Shown: piece by piece, positions 59,479 to 64,000 of the stretch
How the letters are laid out: each line of letters starts with the position of its first letter
Numbering within the stretch: the stretch's first letter is position 1
Origin: an uncultured Verrucomicrobiae bacterium
GTDB lineage: Bacteria > Verrucomicrobiota > Verrucomicrobiia > Chthoniobacterales > JAFAMB01
Direction: 5' to 3'
Length of the DNA stretch: 64,000 nt
Assembly (NCBI GenBank): GCA_963762565.1
Contig: CAVXLD010000001.1
Coordinates: 1,088,001 to 1,152,000 of the forward strand
Program-made: the position numbers and the translations under genes
The notes under the pieces: generated by a model
Database searches by the model: none
What the model was told of the DNA's origin: nothing
What the model saw: only the letters and a program-made list of their open reading frames with translations

Positions 59479-59853
59479 TTAGGCACCTAAGATGACCGGC
59501 TTGCCATGCGGGGTGCGCCGGTACGCCGCGGCCCACGCCTCCTTTCGCACCAGCAGCGAAGCCCGGTTGGCCAAACCTTTGGCCGTGACCAGGTTTTCGA
59601 GAGCCGCAAGCCAATGATCATAGTAATGCGAACCGTCGTCGGGTTCCCCGCGACTCGCAGCGAGCTCGAGCTCGTTGGCGAGGGCCGCCGCCCATTCCTT
59701 ACATGTGAAATGCCCCTGTTCAGAGAGTTTCACGGCGAGTGCAAATGCCTGGGCCTGCCAAGGCTCGGCAAACACCGGCTCGCCGTTGTCTTGCGGCAGC
59801 CGAGGCAGAGCTTGGAGCCGCTCGGGCTCGAATATAGAATTAGGCGTACTCAA
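59479..59853 (-). CDS. nitrile hydratase accessory (P14K-like) protein
   Basis: PVFAEPWQAQAFA, YYDHWLAALE, TPHG; TTG start overlapping the nthB end. Confidence 0.9.
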   Translation of the reverse strand: MSTPNSIFEPERLQALPRLPQDNGEPVFAEPWQAQAFALAVKLSEQGHFTCKEWAAALANELELAASRGEPDDGSHYYDHWLAALENLVTAKGLANRASLLVRKEAWAAAYRRTPHGKPVILGA

Positions 59854-60499
59854 GATAGTCGTCCCACATATCGATATAAACGGCGTCGCGTTCAGAGGCT
59901 TGCTCTCCCCACAGCTCGCGTGCGGCAAATCGTACCGAGTACAGGTGTTGCGGCTTCTCGCCCAGGGAATGGGCGTTGGTGTCTGGGTAGACGTATACAC
60001 CATGGTCCCGGTGGATTGTGCCAAGTTTGCCGCGTGCGTACCGCGGCAGTCGCGTGTGCCCAGTCGGGTGGATGTTGCGGGCGCGTACGAGTTGGCCCAC
60101 GGTGAAGCGCGCGTCCACCCGTACATCTCGACTCGCAGGGTTACCCTTCGCGACCACACCTGGAACGGCATTCGCAATGAGCGCAGGAGCGGCTTTGGGC
60201 GAGTCCGGCGCCGGCTTGCCACTCTCAACTTCGGCGCGAGTGACCAGTGCACTTTCGACGATTAGCTCGATGAGCGCGTGTAGCCGTTGCTCATAGTAGC
60301 TCATGCCCAGATATTCCGGGGCGGGAATTAGTTCGACCGCGTGACGCGAGGCGTCGCCGGTCCATTTGGTCCAGGCCCTCACCGCGCGGTTAAGCGCGAA
60401 TACCCGGGCTTCCCAGGGCTCGTGGAATACCGGCTCGTTGCTCTCGTATTGGATGGGACCCATGCCGTGCATACCGCCCATGTCATGGACGCTATTCAT
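59840..60499 (-). CDS. nthB: nitrile hydratase beta subunit
   Basis: [38 protein letters not shown]. Confidence 0.96.
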   Translation of the reverse strand: MNSVHDMGGMHGMGPIQYESNEPVFHEPWEARVFALNRAVRAWTKWTGDASRHAVELIPAPEYLGMSYYEQRLHALIELIVESALVTRAEVESGKPAPDSPKAAPALIANAVPGVVAKGNPASRDVRVDARFTVGQLVRARNIHPTGHTRLPRYARGKLGTIHRDHGVYVYPDTNAHSLGEKPQHLYSVRFAARELWGEQASERDAVYIDMWDDYLEYA

Positions 60500-61131
60500 C
60501 GGTTGGCTCCGGTGTGCGACAGCTCAACTTTGGCGACACCCACCATGGCATCACGAGTGACCAGCGACGCGAGTTCCTCCTCACTCAGTTTTTCAGTGCC
60601 AGCTGGCCGCTCAGGCAGCACCAAGTAGCGCACTTCCGCTGTGCTGTCCCAAACCCGTATTTCGACATCAACCGGCAACTCCAGACCGAATTCCCGTAAT
60701 ACGCCGCGTGGATCGATCACCGCGCGTGAGCGGTAAGGCGCGGACTTGTACCACACCGGCGGTAAACCGAGAACCGGCCAGGGATAGCAGGAGCACAACG
60801 TGCAGACCACTAGGTTGTGCACCCTGGGCCCATTAGCGACCACCATCATATGTTCGCCCTGCCCGCCGGTGTAGCCCAGTTCGCCGATCGCAGCGGTGGC
60901 GTCGGTCAGCAGGCGCTGCTTGTAAGAGGGATCGATCCAGGCCCGCGCTACTACCCGCGCGCCGTTGCGCGGACCAACCTTGTGCTCGTAGGTATCGATC
61001 AACGCATCAAGAGCCGCCGAATCGACCAGCCCCTTTTCGACTAACAACGATTCGAGCGCTTTGACGCGAAGAGTGAGATCCGAAGGAACTGCCTGGTGCC
61101 CGTGATCGTGATCGGCCGCTCTCATCGTCAT
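60496..61131 (-). CDS. nthA: cobalt-type nitrile hydratase alpha subunit
   Basis: VCTLCSCY metal-binding motif (Thr/Tyr indicates Co type); [10 protein letters not shown]. Confidence 0.97.
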   Translation of the reverse strand: MTMRAADHDHGHQAVPSDLTLRVKALESLLVEKGLVDSAALDALIDTYEHKVGPRNGARVVARAWIDPSYKQRLLTDATAAIGELGYTGGQGEHMMVVANGPRVHNLVVCTLCSCYPWPVLGLPPVWYKSAPYRSRAVIDPRGVLREFGLELPVDVEIRVWDSTAEVRYLVLPERPAGTEKLSEEELASLVTRDAMVGVAKVELSHTGANR

Positions 61132-61218
61132 GGGGACCTCCTTTTTGGTGTTCTGGACAGTCTAAATCCTACAGCGCTGGATGTAGTCAAACTTTTTGTA
61201 CGAGCCAAACCGCACTTC

Positions 61219-61926
61219 TCACTTCCGTCCTTCCGAAAACCTTTTCAGACCTTGGAGCCAATCGTCATGACTGACGTGAACCAGCTCCGGATAAGCTCCT
61301 CGGGCATACCGCGCCGCCACTCCGGTCGCAACCTCTTCGAAAGTCACAACGCACTTCTTAGCGCCAATCGGTTTAATGTACCAATTGTGGTACGAAGCAA
61401 CCACCGCACCGTGGTGAGTGAAGGCACGGCCGTAACTGCGCCAGCCGAGGCGATTCGGCGGATCGTATTCCATCACCACAGCGTCTACTCGTTCAGGCGG
61501 GGGGTTCTCCCCGATCGGGATATCTTGCGGCAGGTCGGAACTAACCCAGGTGAACCTGCCATTCTTTTGCAGCACCTTCGCCCAACCCAAAATTTGGACT
61601 TTGCCAGAAAACGGGCACCATTGGGACCAGCGCTCCGCTTGGATCAGGTAATCCCATACCGTCTCGCACGAAGCATTTATCTCGATCTGATTGTGCGTAA
61701 ATACTTCCGCGGCTCCATTGAACATCGTGGTGGGCCAATGCATCTCCGGCGACCGCTCGGCCCAATCCCGGCTGACAGTATCGCCCGGAGGTGCGGGTTT
61801 GACCTCTCCCGTGACTGTTACCCCCGGTAACTCAGTTGCCGCCCTGATAGTAGTCGCAGCCATTGCCGCGAATAGACTGCAAACTGCAAACACTAGCTTT
61901 GTGGCTATGACAAAATGCGTTCTCAC
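61219..61926 (-). CDS. secreted SRPBCC/START-fold protein
   Basis: IEINASCETVWDYL...W..W; YDPPNRLGW; WLQGLK. Confidence 0.8.
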   Translation of the reverse strand: MRTHFVIATKLVFAVCSLFAAMAATTIRAATELPGVTVTGEVKPAPPGDTVSRDWAERSPEMHWPTTMFNGAAEVFTHNQIEINASCETVWDYLIQAERWSQWCPFSGKVQILGWAKVLQKNGRFTWVSSDLPQDIPIGENPPPERVDAVVMEYDPPNRLGWRSYGRAFTHHGAVVASYHNWYIKPIGAKKCVVTFEEVATGVAARYARGAYPELVHVSHDDWLQGLKRFSEGRK

Positions 61927-62100
61927 CGGCTTCCTCTAGCTGATGCGGTGAACTATTTGGCTTCCTCTGATTGACGTCAATTCTAATGCTCGGGCGGGCA
62001 GGTGGGAACCTCTGATAGGGACAGGTCAACTGTCCGGTACCGTGAGAAGGTCCTTTCTCGAGAGGTCACGTCTAAATAAAAGACGTGACCCATGGTCCTT

Positions 62101-62994
62101 TCATTTGCTGGTCGATGAGGAAACGTTGCCCAAACGTGACATCGTGCGGACGAAGAGGTCCGGGGACTGAAGACGGCGGCAGCAGTCCTCGAAGTCCCTG
62201 CACGGACCCGTCCAGCGGAGCGTGTCGACCGCGTCGAAGGTCGGGACATCCAACCGCAGTGTTGCCAGTGTGCGATACAACAGGACGTCGTTCCGGGCGT
62301 CGAACAGTGTCGCGGCCAGTGTGCGCGCTTTCCGGATTGACGGATGCCACGCCTGCCAGTCCTTGGGGATAGCCTCCAGGTGGGCATACCGCGACAACGT
62401 GAGCGCCGCGGCTTTCGGGCCCCATCCAGACGCGCCTGGAAAACCGTCTGCGCTGTCGCCAACCAAGGCCAGGTAATCCGGAATCGACTCCGGCACGACG
62501 CCGAATTTCTCGACGACGCCGGCCTCATCGCGAACGACGCCGCGGCGGCGATCCAATTGCACGACGCGCGTGCCCACAATGCACTGCCCGAGATCCTTGT
62601 CGGGTGTGCATATCACGACTTGGTCGACCGTGGGTTCACGCGCGGCCTTAGCGGCCGCCGAGGCGAGGGCGTCATCCGCCTCGAATTCGACCATCGGCCA
62701 GACGACCACGCCCAAGGAAACAAGCGCGGTCTCGAGGATCGGAAACTGCGCCAGCAACGTCGGCGGCACGCCTTCGCTCGTTTTGTAGCCGGCATACAGG
62801 TCGTTGCGAAACGATTCCACGACATGATCGGTCGCGACCCCGATGTGGGTCGCGCCGCGCTCGATCATCGATACAACCGTTCCGAGCACGCCGCGCACGG
62901 CGCCAACGTCCTGGCCGTTCGCATCCATTACCGCCGGCACCGCGAAGAAATGGCGAAACAGCTCGTAGGTGCCGTCAACCAGGTGGACCTTCAT
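62101..62994 (-). CDS. stand-alone 5'-3' exonuclease / flap endonuclease
   Basis: LVDG, FRNDLYAGYK, EADD, DKDL, LVGDSADG.PG..G.GPK. Confidence 0.93.
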   Translation of the reverse strand: MKVHLVDGTYELFRHFFAVPAVMDANGQDVGAVRGVLGTVVSMIERGATHIGVATDHVVESFRNDLYAGYKTSEGVPPTLLAQFPILETALVSLGVVVWPMVEFEADDALASAAAKAAREPTVDQVVICTPDKDLGQCIVGTRVVQLDRRRGVVRDEAGVVEKFGVVPESIPDYLALVGDSADGFPGASGWGPKAAALTLSRYAHLEAIPKDWQAWHPSIRKARTLAATLFDARNDVLLYRTLATLRLDVPTFDAVDTLRWTGPCRDFEDCCRRLQSPDLFVRTMSRLGNVSSSTSK

Positions 62995-63059
62995 CGATCA
63001 GAAAGGTAGCATGCTCGTCACGGCTCACCAGCTCACGACCTCGTATCTCGAGGTCGCGA

Positions 63060-64000
63060 TCACTTCCGGCCAAGCTTGCGGATGAAGGTGTAGAAGGCCG
63101 GTGCGAAAAGAAGCCCGAAGCAGGTCACACCGATCATTCCAAAGAGCACGGCGGTTCCAAGGGATTGCCGCATTTCGGCGCCGGCCCCCGTCGCCACGGC
63201 GAGCGGCGCGACGCCAAGGATGAACGCGAAGGAGGTCATTAAGATAGGAGGCAGCCGCGTCCGGGCGGCATGAACGGCAGCCTCGCCGGCGCCGACACCG
63301 TCTGCTTCTTCGTTCTGGCGCGCGAACTCAACGATCAGGATTACATTCTTGGCAGCCAGGCCCACTAGGACGACAAACCCGATCTGGGCCAGGATGTCGA
63401 TTGGCATACCGCGCGAAAGCAGCCCTGTGACGGAAGCAAGCAGGCACATTGGCAGGATCAAGACGATGGATAAAGGCAACTTCCAGTTCTCATACTGGGC
63501 GACCAGGACAAGGAACACGAACAGGGCAGCGGCTCCGAACACTAGCAGAGTCGGCGTCCCGCGCTCCTCTTGCTGGTAGGCAAGGTCGGTCCATTCAAAG
63601 CTAATGCCCTTTAGGGAGGACTTGGTGTGCCAGTTCCTCCATTCGGTGCAGCGCGGTACAGAGGCGACGCCTGGTGCTGCCACGCCCTGCACCTCGGCTG
63701 CGGGGTACAGATTGTACCGGGGCACTCGGTAAGGGATCGTTGTATCTATCAGTCGCGCCACGGTGCCTATCGGTACCATCTGACCTGACGCGTTGCGCGC
63801 CCTCAGACGTGCGATGTCCTCAGGCTTCTCTCTGAACCGGCCGTCGCCCTGCGCGATCACTTGATAGGTGCGACCGAGATAATTGAAGTCGTTCACATAC
63901 TGAGAGCCCAGATAAACCTCAAGCGTCGAGAAGACGTCAGTGGGTGTCAATCCGACCTCTTCTGTTTTCACCCGGTCGATATCGGCGTAAATCGAAGGGG
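63060..64000 (-). CDS. RND efflux permease (HAE1-like), 3' part; begins beyond the window
   Basis: YVNDFN..GR, VFLVLVAQYE, GLAAKNVILIVEFA, PILMTSFAFILG. Confidence 0.93.
   Translation of the reverse strand, partial: PSIYADIDRVKTEEVGLTPTDVFSTLEVYLGSQYVNDFNYLGRTYQVIAQGDGRFREKPEDIARLRARNASGQMVPIGTVARLIDTTIPYRVPRYNLYPAAEVQGVAAPGVASVPRCTEWRNWHTKSSLKGISFEWTDLAYQQEERGTPTLLVFGAAALFVFLVLVAQYENWKLPLSIVLILPMCLLASVTGLLSRGMPIDILAQIGFVVLVGLAAKNVILIVEFARQNEEADGVGAGEAAVHAARTRLPPILMTSFAFILGVAPLAVATGAGAEMRQSLGTAVLFGMIGVTCFGLLFAPAFYTFIRKLGRK

Noticed and set aside
59854..60252. N-terminal extension of the 257-aa ORF 59479-60252
   Set aside because: Overlaps nthB in another frame; P14K similarity starts only near 59853

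Overview
A 64-kb bacterial window. The style of its dispersed mini-repeats suggests a soil Verrucomicrobiota genome, but that is inference only. The left ~20 kb looks chromosomal: LysR and alpha/beta hydrolase, ECF sigma, chrB-like, ohr, azoR, a malonate decarboxylase operon mdcABCDE(F-remnant)GH heavily invaded by small repeats, a sigma-54 activator with a divergent -24/-12 promoter, and a FUSC/HlyD pair. tRNA-Arg(CCT) lies at 20307-20378 and a degenerate copy of its 3' half recurs at 53971-54058, bracketing a ~33.5-kb accessory region. That region holds a frameshifted ABC-ATPase/TOPRIM nuclease, a truncated AbiTii-like gene, two inverted IS1182-family copies plus remnants, a 180-bp MITE-like element, dinB, hydrolases, a beta-carbonic anhydrase and a GH63-like glucosidase. 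Its most notable content is a four-gene putative RiPP locus (46931->43978): a Tat-signal NTF2/SnoaL protein, a Tat-signal Gly-rich precursor with five W-x-N motifs, an unknown protein with a SPASM-like Cys tail, and a radical SAM/SPASM enzyme, with no protease or ABC exporter. Two related short palindromic site families (GGGACAGGTCAA and GGGGTCGCGTCTATA) punctuate the accessory DNA at gene boundaries and truncation breakpoints. The right end carries a GluR0-like channel with a TGVGYGD filter, a Co-type nitrile hydratase operon, a 5'-3' exonuclease and the 3' end of an RND permease. All product calls come from motif recognition by eye; no searches were run.
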